Assembly (NCBI GenBank): GCA_016906335.1
Contig: JADEYG010000007.1
Coordinates: 2,356,001-2,420,000 of the forward strand
Direction: 5' to 3'
Source of the DNA: Novakomyces olei
Taxonomy: Eukaryota
Length of the DNA stretch: 64,000 bases
The notes below the pieces were generated by a model, which was not told where the DNA came from, did no database searches, and worked only from the letters and a program-made list of their open reading frames with translations. This document shows positions 1 through 13,016 of this stretch, piece by piece (the first letter of the stretch is position 1; each line of letters begins with the position of its first letter). The translations under genes and the position numbers were made by a program.

Positions 1-1214
1 CTCGAGTCGTCTTATTTTCAAGTGGTGCTAGACTTGTCGTCATGCTGCGATAACAAATATTACCCTACTTGGCCTCGCCGTATCTATGCTGTTGCCAAAC
101 ACGGGCAGAATGCATTTTTTTTATCTTTGACTGCAAAACAGTATCTCCGTTGAAAACATGTAATGATTACTAAATTTGTGTAAACAGGCCGCTGCTGCCT
201 TGTTGTATTGCCCTTTATAATGGGAGTTTCGCACTAGTAGAGGCGTGTTTATTCATTGGAGTCGTGCACTAGAGGTATTACTGAGGGATCGCTATGCAGC
301 TTGTACCCAATGAAATCTATACAGTCTGTGTTAAAGAAATGCCTATGGATCTGACGCATGACTAATTGACAGCGGAGGGTTAAAGTTCGTTTGTTCCAAG
401 CGATTACTTTAAAAGCTCGCTACTGCGTTCTCTTGGCATAAATACAATGCTATAATAATAGCGATATAAAATGTTACATACATGATAGCGATAGCAGCCC
501 TGTTTGGGATGTCTGCAGTATAATTGATTACTTTGAATAAAATATTAAAATAAATTCGATTACTTGGAATAAAATACGTAAATAAATATTTGATCTTAAA
601 CTAGTGCGCTCGTATACGTATGCATAACTAGTGTGCTCGTATACGTTATACGTATACGTCAACTTGTGACTAGAGCGCGTCACAGAATGACCCAATTTTT
701 TATTACGACGGCCAATCGCTGCCGGCAGCACACAAATTAGAATGTAAAGCCATGCTGAATATTGTATAACTATAAAAGCTGCGATTGGCAAAAAGACTTT
801 TGGATGGGTCTTTTGCAGTGATATTCATTGGATCGTCTATTTCACAATGTACGGGAACATAACTTAAATCGGGCAAGTAATCATGCCAAATAACCGTTCA
901 AACCTCGACTGTGCTAAACATCGGCATTGCATGGACGGTCAGGCGTATATAAAGTATTAGGGATCGCTGTGAATAACAAACCTGTTCTCTTTTTCTATAG
1001 AGTCTTAAAAGATGAGCCTATTAACCGTAAAACAAGCAATTCAAAGCTCGCTAAAGTGCGCCATATAAGCATTGCACTAGATGCCTTTCAACTCTGGGCG
1101 CCTGCTCACGGTACCTACAACCTGTAGAGAACTGGGTACAAACCATGCTTAAATAGTGTCTCATTGAATTCATTGGGAAATAGATAATAGTCCTAGCATT
1201 CACGTTATGCGGGT

Positions 1215-2474
1215 CTATTTAACGCGAAAATTACGGCCACTCGCAGTCTTGCGCTCCACTGCTGCAGCTTCCATAACGGTACTTCCGCTGTTTTCAGGTT
1301 TGGCACGATTGAGGACCTTGAGAAACTCGGTCACACGTGCCCGCATGCGCTGATGCATGTACGCCTTGCTCGCTTTAATATGATAGTGCAAAGTATTACG
1401 GAAAACCTCAATCAACGAGATACATTCTTCCCTCCGAGTACGCTCAAAGTGTCGAGGGAAAAGGGTAAACGTGACATAGCCCACATCGTCATTGTTCTTT
1501 TGAAGCTTGCTCTCCACTGATCGCAATTCAAGCGGAGGATCCCGGTACGAGTACCTCACTTGCGGAGCGTTCTGAATCGCCGGCCGCCGCCTGGCATCAA
1601 CAAACTCTTGAAGAAAGACTTTGCCAAAGATTCTATCTGTTTCCTCTCTAAATATGGTGGAAAAGATGACGGTTACACGATCTGCTGCCGGAATGACATA
1701 GATAGCCTCCTCTTCCCGATAATTTATAGACATCATTTCCTGTTCCCGAGGCAGTTCGTCCGGTTGAGCTGTTTCTGCAGAGAGACTGGACTGTATATCG
1801 AATGCCCGCTCGAACGGAGCCGCAAGTGCGTTGCGTTTCATCAACGCCAGCTTTAATAAGAATGACTCTAATTGTTCTAGCCAGTTAGATTATACTCAAA
1901 TAAGAAATAAACTCGATAAAAATGCAGCATATTCCACTCGAGACCAGAAAGCCAAAGGCGCGAGTCTCTTGTTTTATCTTTAAAAAGCATATCCAGACAC
2001 CATTCCCAGAGCAATTCTTCATAGCCAAAGACATATATGATCTCATCACTCCGGTTCTCTACTTTGCCTTCTTCTGCACATCTCCTTGTTTCCGATTTTC
2101 TTCTTTTTTATAGCTTACCCGGATCCGTTGGCAGTTTCTCCACGTCAACCAAAACAGAAAAATTATAGCCCTGCTCTGGCTCTACAATGATATCGCCATA
2201 CTCGCGTTTCAAGAGATCGCGAGCACCGTACCGAACCAAATCACCAAAGCAGCGCATTGACATGCTCAACATAATTTGAGTCTTGGACTCAGGCGTCGAT
2301 ATATGGAAAGTGACGCCATCGAAATCCGACACGATCTGGTCCAGTGCACCAGAGCTCACACTAAAAGAACGGATCAGTGTTTTTACTCAAAAAAAAGGGA
2401 AAATAAACGAACCCTTGAATACGATCGCGGAGCAGCGAAAGCACAAGCACATTGTGATAGTCGAGGTTCAGCAT
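1215..2474 (-). CDS. ARC35: Arp2/3 complex 34 kDa subunit (ARPC2), 3 exons
   Basis: Spliced MLNLDYHNVLV..., DFDGVTFHISTPESKT, FGKVFLQEFVDARRR, HYHIKASKAYMHQRMR; GT-AG introns 2412-2361 and 2118-1877. Confidence 0.95.
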
Positions 2475-2980
2475 TGCCGTTGATAATGTGAAAAAGCCTC
2501 ACCGCCGCTATCGTGTTTGGACTGCAATACCCAAAAGACAGTGGTTGATTGCCCCGTTTTGTTTACGCTTAAGCTTACTTGTGCGTAGTACGAGACGGCT
2601 TGTACTGTGGGACAGTATTACTTGTATAAGTACAATCTGATAAACTCACGGGGCCCGTGTATGTACGTGAAATAAATGGCAATTAAAGTGGATTGATTAC
2701 TCTAGCGGCGCAAGTCTACGATTATGATTATTGCCAATGGCTTTATTTGAGGCATGAGCGCGCGGGGAGCAGTGACCACGAAAAGGATCATAAATCAAAA
2801 TCACTATCAATTAAATCAAGCACCAAACGATTAGCAAAACCTTGAATGTACTTAAAGGGCAACTATATCTGCACTATCCGTCGAGAATCGGCCCACGATC
2901 TAGTCCTGTCTACAAATTAATAAACAAAACCACGGTACCGAGTTCTTCATAGTCCATTAGAGCGACATGAATTTAGCCAC

Positions 2981-5900
2981 TCAATGCGCAGCCAGTGCTT
3001 CCGTATTATTGATCGCAATACTTTTTGTCTAATTCGTCAGTAAACAAAGGAAACCCAAATAAATAAGAAACCCAAATAAATAAGAAACAAAAATAAATAA
3101 AAAAACAAAGCTTTTGAATCTAAATGTAAAACCCTACCTGATTATTGGTCTTGTAAATACCGATAAGCCGAGCGGCCAATTCAAACATATTATTGCGCAG
3201 AGAAATAACGACAAACTGCGCGTTCTTTGTCCGCTCCTTGATATAATTAGCGACGATGGACACGTTGCGAAAGTCCAATGCCGCGTCAATTTCGTCCATA
3301 ACATAGAGCGGGGTCGGCTTATAATGGTGCAGGGCAAATACAAGCGCCAAAGAGCTCAGAGTCTTTTCTCCACCCGACAAATTAGAAATGTTTTTCCATG
3401 ATTTCTTTGGAGGCATAACGCTAAACAGCACTCCCTCAGAAAACGGATCGAGACTATCTACCAGCTCAAGCTCAGCATTCCCGCCCAGAGTAATCATCTG
3501 GTACATTTCCTTTAGAACTGCAGAAATTGCATGAAAACCCTGCATGAACTCGTCCAATCGCCGACGGGAAAGATCTGTATGATTCGCCTTTGCCGAGTCG
3601 CGTCTCTGTGTCGCCTCGCCGAGATCGTGAGCCCGCGAATCGTACTCTTGACTTCTGCGAGCGTACTCTTCCAGCACGTCCAAATCTACTTTAGCATCGT
3701 GCAACTCTGCTTCGATTTCTCCGATTTCTTTTTTCAATATATCGCCGTCCATTGCACTTAATTCGTCGGCACTGTACTCTGTCAAAATCGTCTCTGCCTC
3801 GTCGACCGGTTTGCCAGCAACAAGTGTAGATTTGTCTGCTTCATCCACCTGCATACCATCATCATCGTCATCATCATCGTCATCGTTTACCGGCTCTTTA
3901 CCCGGCGCTGAACCAAAATTTAGCTGGTTCAGTTTCAGGCCCATTAGAGCTTCCTTGTAGTGCTGTTTCCGCTTGGTGTTTTCTGCTAGTGCCTTTTCAT
4001 TCTCCTCTAGTCGGGCCCGCAACTCTATTTCCTTTGCCCTCTGTTCGTTTCTCTGCTCGACGATTGCATCAATCTCCTGTTGCAGGCTCTCAAGCTGAGC
4101 AAGAGCCTCGTCCATTGCTTCCTCCAGTGTCCTTGCCGCTGCTTCATGCTCAGAGTGGGCGGATTCAAGGCTCTGCATCTCTTCATCAAGGCCGACAAGC
4201 TGCTCTTCCACTGCATCAAGGTCCCGTGACAAGTCGGCAATAGCCGCAGTATGCTTTTCCCCTTCTTTGCGGGTCCTCAGACTGTTCATTTCCGTGGCTT
4301 TTTGCTGTTGCTGCAATGTATCCAGCTGCTCTTGCAGTCCGTCTACTTTAGCCTTTTGACTACGCAGCCGAACTCCCCCCATCTCCATTATCCGCTCCTG
4401 CAATTGAGCAATTTCCTGCTCCAACGTACTGGTCTCACTACGGATCCTTTCAATTTCGCTATTGCTCTCTCCAATCCGTTCACGCAGAGCCTCAGCTTTA
4501 GCCGCCTCAGCAGCTGCCTCAGCAGCTGCTCCGGCAGATTTTACAAGGCCCTGCTCTTGTAAAATCCGTGCCCGTTCTGCCTCAGCGTCCTCCAATCTCG
4601 TAGCATGAGCAGTCTCGTCCAGGGCCGCCTTGTGCACTGCCAACTCCAATAGGGGCACTTGTTCTCGACTGGTTTCAACAACAGCTTCGGCCTGAACTAC
4701 TGCCTCTTCTGCTGCTTTTAATCCTGCCTGCGCCTGCGAGTACTCGGCCTCTAGCGCTTCACTTGAAGCCTGCTTGGTTTTACTGTTTGTTTTATTATTT
4801 GCTTTACTGCTATTGGCCATGCCACCTCGGCTTACACGGCTGCCTCCACCACTCATTGTCCCCGAACGATCAATCACCTGGCCCGTAAGCGTAACTACTC
4901 TCCAGCGCTGACCAGAGTACGCAACCTGATTGGCCTGTTCCAACGTATCTGCCACCAGAGTATTCTGCAAAACACTGAAAAAAGCCGGAGCGTAAATGGC
5001 TTCAGCAGGGCGGACAAGGTCAAACAGCCTTGCAACAGCATTGGGCACTCCTGCCGGCTTTTGCAGGTCACGTACAGGCAGCTTGTCAAGGACAATAAAG
5101 ACTGCTCTGCCCAAGTTGTTGCGCCTTAAGTACTCTATGCACGCTTGAGCAGTGGCCACTGTATCCACCACCATATTATCCAGAGCCGGACACGCTGTAG
5201 TAATGGCCACATCGTATGCCTCAGCTATACTGCCCAAGTCTCCGAGGCGGCCATAGAGGCCGTGGACCCGTCCAGACTCTCTCAGCCTGTAAAGAGCCGC
5301 TGTTACACTGTTCATGGACTGGCTGGCTGCCGCTGCTGCTCGAGACTCGTCCAGTCTCTGCTTGGCGGCACTAAAAGCCTCCGACTGCTGTATTAGACTC
5401 TGCTTTGCTATTGCTAATTGCTTTTCTGCTGACCCAAAGACTGACTGGGCCTGCTGCAATTGCTCTTGCACTTGCTTGACTTGAGCAGATTTAGAAGCTA
5501 ATGCTTCAGCCGCCTCTGTGACTCTTGCCTCAGCTGCCTCCTGCTCCCGAGTACGGAGGCTGGCCTTCTCTGCCAGCAATTCGAGCTCTGCTTGGGCCAA
5601 TTGTACCCGGTTCTCTGCTGCATTTATCTGTGCAGTAAAAGGCTGCAAAGCTCTCTGCCTCTCTTCGATCCCGGCTGAAAGATCAAGGGTTTTAGAGCCT
5701 AATTGCTCCCGTATACCGGCCAACACTTGACGTTCCTGCTCAATACGCTGGCGCAGCTCTTCCATGGCCACTGAGCGTTTGGCCATTTCTTGCCCATAAT
5801 TTTCACACCATGATTCTGCCTCGGAGACAGCTCTCTCCTCTGCCTGACGCGCACGCGATGTCTTTTTATGCTTGCCTACTAAATGACGCTGTGTCTCTTT

Positions 5901-7501
5901 CAGCTTGACCTGCTGTTTTTCTTGAGCTGCAATCGCAGACGCTACTCGGGTGGCATCTGCCTTGAGACGCTCAATATGCTTCTGCACTGTACGCTGCTGT
6001 GATTCTGTGGCCTTTATCCTCTCTGTAAAACTGTTGACTGTCCCATTACTGCCCTGCATATCTTGTGCAGATAACTGAGCCCTAATTTCCTCTACAATGA
6101 CACTGGCAGCCTGAGCAGACTTCCTGGCCTGAGCCAGACGTAGTTGGTAAAGAGCCGATTTCTTACGCACCATGGCATTTTCACGTCTCAAATACGCGAG
6201 AGCAGAATCCCGGCGGTCTGAGAGCGCTGCACGTTCCCTTCGAACAATAGAGAGCCGATTACCTTTCTCCGCACATACGTCATTAAGCTCCTCGAGCTGC
6301 TGTTCCAGTTCGTGAATAGGGTCCTTGTATTTGGCAGTGCCGATTATATCCTCAAGGTATTCCAGCAGGCCATCGTCACTGTCACCACTGGCCTTGGGTT
6401 TCATTTGTGCAATTGACTCTACTTCGCCCTGAAGAATGAGAAAGCGCTTGTGGTCCAGATCAATGCCATGCGCCCTCAGCAGTTCTGTTACTTGTGTGAA
6501 ACTGCTTTCCCTGCCGTCCACCATATACTTGCTCGTACTATTGCGAAAGGCGCGGCGAGAGACTACCAGCTGTGTGCCGGGTACAGCCACGGGGTCCCGT
6601 GTTGATTCTCCAGTACTATTGTCACAGTTGACCTGCTCAAAGTGGACCTGAACCTCACAAAAGGGCAAATCGTGAGCGCCCGCCGAATTGTGTATTAAGG
6701 CAGACAACTTGCCTTGGCGCATTTTGCTTGCACGAAAGCCAAAGACAAAGAGCAGTGCATCAATCACGTTTGACTTGCCCGACCCGTTTGGTCCAACAAT
6801 AGAAGAGAATGTCTGTGGTTAAGGGTTAGTTTATTAAAACGAATTTATTAAAACGAATTTATTAGAATAAAAATTACAATCGTATTAAATAAATAGATAA
6901 ATAATAAAATAAAAAATAAACAAATAAAGCAATATCCTACCGAGTGAAACGGCCCAATCACCTGTCGGCCAGCGTACGATTTGAAATTCTGCAGGACCAA
7001 ATGTGTCAGGACGAGCCGTGTGGGAGGCTGTACTGGCTCAATAACATTATTGCTGATAGTCTGTGTCGGAGGTGGGACAGCGGCAGTTGTAGGTGTCGCA
7101 TCCGCGTTTCCTGTTGGCGATAGGATTGGTGAAATTGGCTGTTTAATGGGCGTCGAAGTAGCCATTGGTGCAGCAAGACGGTTCGTTTCTACGGGCCTTA
7201 AGGCGCGCATTGCTGAAGGGCTGTTGAGCGCATTTTTATCATTCGATTTCGGCCGAGTTTCGTGCTGCGAGTCAGTGTGGCCTTGACCGGTTTTTGCATG
7301 AATATTCTCTTTTGCCGTTCGCGCTGGTGAAGGCTCTGGAGTAAATGGCTGCGTGTACGCATCTTGTTCGTCCACGTCCATCATACTCACATCGCCCGCA
7401 TTGCCTTCTCCGCAATCACTCTCGCTTTCGCTGTCAATGACGCGCCGACGACGCGGCGATTTTGCCGCCGACCGTCCCGCGTTGGGCGCACAAACACTCA
7501 T
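2981..7501 (-). CDS. SMC4: Condensin SMC4 (Cut3), 3 exons
   Basis: NFKSYAG, Walker A GPNGSGKSNVID, hinge GRLGDLG, signature LSGGEK, Walker B YVMDEIDAALD; introns ~6940-6813 and ~3137-3029. Confidence 0.96.
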
Positions 7502-7528
7502 TAAAAGCCGTTGATCTTTTCGTATTGG

Positions 7529-7600
7529 ACGCGACTTTTTGTTTACATGTAAACGCGAACCATGTGAGGTGTAAGATAGGGTTTTCTTATGGGTTAGGGT
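7529..7600. promoter_or_regulatory. SMC4 promoter with MCB-like ACGCGA x2 and TAGGG/GGGTTAGGG boxes
   Basis: ACGCGA at 7529 and 7553; GGGTTAGGGT at 7591-7600. Confidence 0.45.
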
Positions 7601-7804
7601 ATTCTTGTGTCGGGGGGTGTGTGTGTCCGTAATTTATCGCTTGTGTATCCACAATTTAGAGTATACATAATTCCGTGTGTTTCACAATTTACAGTATATT
7701 TAATGCAGAGTATTCTATGGCAAGAGCATATAATAAATGACAAGTAGCAATAATTTCCATCCCACGCTTTTAATCTTATCAATCTTGATCAATCAACGTC
7801 AAGG

Positions 7805-7910
7805 CAGTTTGCAGATTTGCAGTTTGGCAGATTTGCAGTTTGGCAGATTTGCAGTTTGGCAGATTTGCAGTTTGGCAGATTTGCAGATTTGCAGATTTGC
7901 AGTTTGCAGA
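7805..7910. repeat. Minisatellite of GCAGATTT/GCAGTTTG 8-mers (16-nt unit) just downstream of the MFS gene
   Basis: Tandem array read directly from the sequence. Confidence 0.95.
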
Positions 7911-7922
7911 CACGTGTCCCGT

Positions 7923-9179
7923 CTACACACATTTGCGCAATGGGTAATAATAGAACCGGAGAAAGAGCAAAAACCCTGTCCCCGCGAGGACCATAGCGCC
8001 GGCAAACCCTATGGCCCCATGCCAGCCAGCGGTCTCGCTCTGACTCCTCAGAATAGCGCCCGCAATTGCGGGTCCAGTGAGGCCGGAAACAGACACTACA
8101 GCGAAGCAGAGGCCAACGCGTCTGCCAATGACCCGCATGTCGGGACACAGTCCCGCTACACTGGGAGCAATGAGCGAAATAACCGCTCCAGAGGTAAAGC
8201 CGTACAGTGCAGCATAAACAATAGTAGGAGCAGGTCCGTTTGAAGGCATCCACAGAGCCAGAGTCAGGACGCCACTGAGCGCTGCCATTAGCGCAATCAT
8301 ATTGAAGCGGCCGGTGTAGTCTGAAAGCAGTCCTGGAACAACACGGCCGCCGATAGAACCAGCGTTCAGGATTGAAATGGTGGAGTACGACATGGCGCGG
8401 CTCATACCGTGTGCGACTCCAAAGGGCGAAATGTAAAAAAAGGAGACAAAGAGGCCAAAGATAATGAAAAAGCATCCGCTGACAAATATTATATACTTTG
8501 TATCCCGCAGCGAAGAGCGATCAATCAGGTTCCAGCCACTCTTGTGCCGTCCAAGGCGTGGGCGAACGAGCACGATTCCTGCGGAAGAGCAGACGAGGGA
8601 AATAAACCCGCATATTCTCAGACCCCAAGCAAATCCAATCTGGTTGCTGACACTGCGCGCCATCACTTGTGGGAAGATTACGCCTCCCAAACCGGATCCG
8701 GCGACAACAAGCCCCGAAGCAAGGCCGCGTTTCGTGGTAAAGTAATGTGTCACGATAGAGAGAGAGGGATAAAACAGCAGAGCCGCACCTATGCCAAACG
8801 CGACGCCCAGGGACAGCATAAAGTGGGCATAATGTGTTGAAATACTGGCCATCATCATGGACAAGCTGGTAAGCGGACCGCCTACTATTAGCAGCGGCCG
8901 AGGGCCAAACGTGTCAAACAGATGGCCGACAAAGAGGCCGGCAAGGAACAAGATAAAGACCTGCATACTGCCGATCCAGGAGATTTCAGAGTCTGTATAG
9001 CCACTTAATTGGTTTTCCCGCAGGTAATCTTGGAAGACTCCAAAGGCATTGAAAAAACCGAGTGATGTGAACAAATTAAAGGCCGCTCCTAGAATTACAA
9101 GCCACGCACGAGCACCTCCATCTGGCGGCAGCGAGGGCGACGTCACTTGTTTTGCAGCTGCTAATTGCTCTCTGTCCAT
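7923..9179 (-). CDS. MFS monocarboxylate/riboflavin-type transporter (Mch4/Mch5 family)
   Basis: PPDGGARAWLVILG, FGVFQDY, ISWIGS, YFTTKRGLASG; many TM helices; single exon of 418 aa. Confidence 0.92.
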   Translation of the reverse strand: MDREQLAAAKQVTSPSLPPDGGARAWLVILGAAFNLFTSLGFFNAFGVFQDYLRENQLSGYTDSEISWIGSMQVFILFLAGLFVGHLFDTFGPRPLLIVGGPLTSLSMMMASISTHYAHFMLSLGVAFGIGAALLFYPSLSIVTHYFTTKRGLASGLVVAGSGLGGVIFPQVMARSVSNQIGFAWGLRICGFISLVCSSAGIVLVRPRLGRHKSGWNLIDRSSLRDTKYIIFVSGCFFIIFGLFVSFFYISPFGVAHGMSRAMSYSTISILNAGSIGGRVVPGLLSDYTGRFNMIALMAALSGVLTLALWMPSNGPAPTIVYAALYGFTSGAVISLIAPSVAGLCPDMRVIGRRVGLCFAVVSVSGLTGPAIAGAILRSQSETAGWHGAIGFAGAMVLAGTGFLLFLRFYYYPLRKCV

Positions 9180-9627
9180 ACTGGATTTGTCTTTTATTCT
9201 TGCGCAAATTGGCTCAAGGACTGCCTGTCGAGCTGATATTTATATTTTGCTCGTAGAGCGGCAGCTTTGAGCGATACGGCCGATAGGGCGTGTCCTATCG
9301 ACACGTACGCGTCCAATTATAAAAGACGTCGACCATTGCCCGACACTGGTCCGAATCTTGTCCGACGTTGGTCCGCTCCCAAAAGATCAGATAAGGATAA
9401 AAACTTGGGGTTATGCGCTCTGATTCGCTATCGTTTACTATAAGATTACTTGTTCGAGTGTGCACATAGTAACAATCAAATAATTAAAGAGTTCAAAACA
9501 AAGGCTAATCAAGTAGTGAGATATATTATATTGTGTTTTGCGCGCCAAAACTATGTGTCCGTATTTATTGCCTAATTTTCGATTATAAAGCTTTTCCTAA
9601 TCATAATTCAATTTTTGAGTAGCATTT

Positions 9628-11618
9628 TCAAGCAAAAGATGTCGGCTTCATGCTTGGCTGAGATGCGCTTATCCCCTTGAAGCAACAGACAGCGCCCTCC
9701 CATGCCATTAGCAATAACGTTATTGCAACAGATAAATTTATTACGGCCATAGCGTCTGCCTGCATAGACTGCAAAGTACACACAACGTCCTGGGCAGAAG
9801 TCATAAATACAAGCCCGCCTTGCATCAAGAAAAAGCTTGTCAACAGCTCTGTTATTGGCCGCGAGGGCTGTACTGATTGTGGAGGCCTAAGGAAAAATAT
9901 GATATATGTGCAAAGACGAGCGATAGCAAAATAGCTAAGAGACTGGCCCCATTGTTTGTGGACCATTGAGGAAAACATATCATTTTGCTGATGCATGGTC
10001 ATCATTACACCGGTGAAATAAATCACAAGAGCCGGGAAAGGATTAAACGAGACAGGGCGCCAGGCGGCTCTAGATGCGTCTGGGTCTCGAGCTACTGCCG
10101 CTGGAGTAAAAGCTTTGGCCAAAACCCGCCTTACCTTGCGGGACTCAACGAGAACCCCAGCGAGTCCGCCACCGAGAAACATTACGGCAATCGAGACATG
10201 CTCCATGTCACGAAACGTGTAAGCTGAACCGTAATGGCCGAGATGTTCAAGAAAAACATTGGTAGATCCGTACAGCAGGATTATACCAGACTCCACCATT
10301 TCGGCGGTGGGTGCTTTACCGCGCCAGTCCGATGCAGGCAGCCGGGCAGGCATCAGATTCCACGCCCATCCCCAGTCAGCGAAGGCTCCAAAGTAGCGGC
10401 CGAGTGTTATAACCCCATACAAAAAGAAAATGCCGCCTTTGATCCAGTGTGCAAGGCCATTAAACACGATATGGCCCCGGAAAAGGCCATAGTAAGTGAG
10501 TACACCGGTTGCTACAAGGGCAAATCCAAATTGAACGATTGTCCGTTCGACTATTGTGTGCACGACAAAGGCAACCTTCACCAGTCGCGTATGTAATCGC
10601 TCGCCCAAACGAGTCGGACCCATGACGCAATCAAGCGTTCGCCTTAGCATGTTGTCAAGCAACGTTGCTGCTGGCGCTTTGGACTGGACGCAAGTAACGT
10701 TACCGTTGCCACTGTGGTTCACGTCCAAGTCAGCGTCGTAAGCGTCTCCTTCACTATGCCCGTCGTACGCAGTGTTCCTACTACTATTGCCTCTCGCTGA
10801 GGCGGATATTCGGGGGGACGAACCACCCTCTGACCCGGATCCGTTCCCACTATCTTGAGATTTAGCTCTGCGATCTTCGCCTGAATGCTGGCCAGGGCAT
10901 AATAATCGATTCTGCTTTTCCGCTTCCTGTTCAGGTATTTGTTCTTCTTCTTCGCTGTCGTCTTCGTCTTCCGAATCGACAAGCATAAAAGGATGCTGCT
11001 GGTCATTTGACAAGTCTTTAGACGGGGCCCATCGATATGCACGGCAAGCCACTGATGCAAGAGTCTGCACAAGGATAACGACTAGCGCGGCCCACCCCAT
11101 AGGTCCATGAGCGTTTCCGGGGTAGGGCGATTCGGATAATGCAGAGTGGTATAAACTAGAAAACAACGTACCCAGGCCGTTGAGGCCGACAAAGGTCAGT
11201 TGCGCGGGGATGTACCAGCGAGACCTATTTACCGATAAGACCACGACTGCAATTAGTATTACAAACATATAGCAATTGGATTTAAAGAAAAAAAGCCAAC
11301 TCAAGGATGAGAGTAAATGCAATCAAAGGCTAAACGAACGTAAAAGGCAGATGAGTCTAAATCAAACCTGCGTGACAATAAAATACTCCCAAACTTACCT
11401 AAAGGCATAACAATCACCCAAGCTAGTGTCATGACAAAAATGTGAAGGCCAATCCAAACATGATGCTCAGACAGCCCATGAAACGACGAGAGAGGCAGCG
11501 GTGCGGAAGGATAGCATTGCAAGTATAAAGTTTCATTCAACATGCTCGAAACAGTGTTGTGTGAGCCTGTATCGTGATGATGCATGTGCGCCATACCGCC
11601 AGCGGCATCGTGGTCCAT
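9628..11618 (-). CDS. YTP1/YCR061W-family multi-pass membrane protein, 2 exons
   Basis: His-rich N-terminus, LAHWIKGGIFFLYG, NVFLEHLG, DMEHVSIA, MVHKQWG; intron ~11398-11247. Confidence 0.85.
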
Positions 11619-12032
11619 GGCGTCGAGCTAATAGCCTTTGCGAGATGTCAAAGTAGTCCAGAGCAATGAAATCAGGCGGCAGCTCAAGCCGCCCAAAGCC
11701 GGTTCAATTCTTTTTATTAATAATTTAATTATTTTAATTTCTGTTTACGGAGACAGCGCGGTAGTATTCCGCGAACAAAGTACAGGTACGGATATTTGGG
11801 GGCCAGCGCTTGTCAAGGCGCTCGAGTTGTAGCGTCGATACGGCTACGCACTGTTTCGATACTGCGGAGGATTGAAACGAACTCTAATCTGACGTCCAAT
11901 GAATCTAATTATAAATGTCAATAAATCTTGGATCTTTTTAGGTAAAATGTACGTATTCGGAAGTTACACTCATACTAGCATTATTCATCCTCGACTTGTT
12001 CGGAGGTTCGGCCCGTATTAGGCTAATGATTG

Positions 12033-12080
12033 ATTATATTATGATTATATTATATTATGATTATATTATATTATGATTAT
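12033..12080. repeat. Degenerate (ATTAT)n microsatellite
   Basis: attatattatgattatattatattatg... array. Confidence 0.85.
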
Positions 12081-13016
12081 AAAATGATGAATAATATACA
12101 GACTGCCTTGATGCAACGCACGTGCAAGAGCGAGCGCGTGATTAAATATGGCAGAGCCGTTTAGATTTGATTATTGCAAGGGAACCAAGTCCTTTTTATA
12201 CTCCAATTTGAACTGGATTGAGTGGGGTTGGTGTCGCTGGTATAGTCTTGCTCACCCGTATAATAGAGGTTGGATGTTTTACAGTAGATCATACCATCGG
12301 AATATATTCTCACATGGCTCGTAACAATACACTACAAGTAAACTCGCTCGAATATAATCCACAAACATAATTAATGCGCCAAGAAATTTTGTTGTTTCAA
12401 CGCATTCGCAGAGATCTCACATTTCAGTGCTGTTTTCGGAACACACTCGGAAGTGCATCGGCGGTTCATCAATGTACTAACGATTCCTGTCTCCAGGCAC
12501 TATTACATAAGCAAACGAATGCTCCTTATTGGGCGCAATAAAGCGCCTTTTTAACCTATTTCGGTCGTCGCAAGAACCGATATTCAGGAATTGCTTACTG
12601 CACTATGATTGGTGGGCATTGACGAGTTATGTCATATATCTGCCGATATGGGAATAGCACATGACGCGTCCGTTGAATACAGATCACGTGATCCGAGCTA
12701 CATGTAGTATATCGCACATTGTATACGGCATTTTGGTGTAGAGTATCGCAAAGTGGATATATAATACTATAAAATGTGTTGCTTTAAAAAGAATCGTATA
12801 TTGCTTCGTTTATTGCAGACGCGTATGAAGGAAAAGTTATTACACAACTACATCCAAGCATTAACTATTATGACATAGTATTTACACGGTCGTCCGATAA
12901 ACGATAAAATGCAGAATGCAAATCATAAAAACAGGGTATAGAGGAGGAAAAAGAGCATTAAAAATAAGCAAAATAGAGGGAATAGAGAACAAAAGCCATC
13001 CGATAACTCTTACGCG

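Noticed and set aside
1-1200. Short ORFs, a possible - strand gene start at 43, and an ACTAGTGYGCTCGTATACGT direct repeat at ~600-647
   Set aside because: No recognisable protein; too little context at the window edge
1877-2118. C/D snoRNA in the long ARC35 intron 2 (GTGATGA present on the sense strand)
   Set aside because: No CTGA D box downstream and no recognisable rRNA guide
7805-7910. CRISPR-like array
   Set aside because: Eukaryotic tandem repeat with no unique spacers
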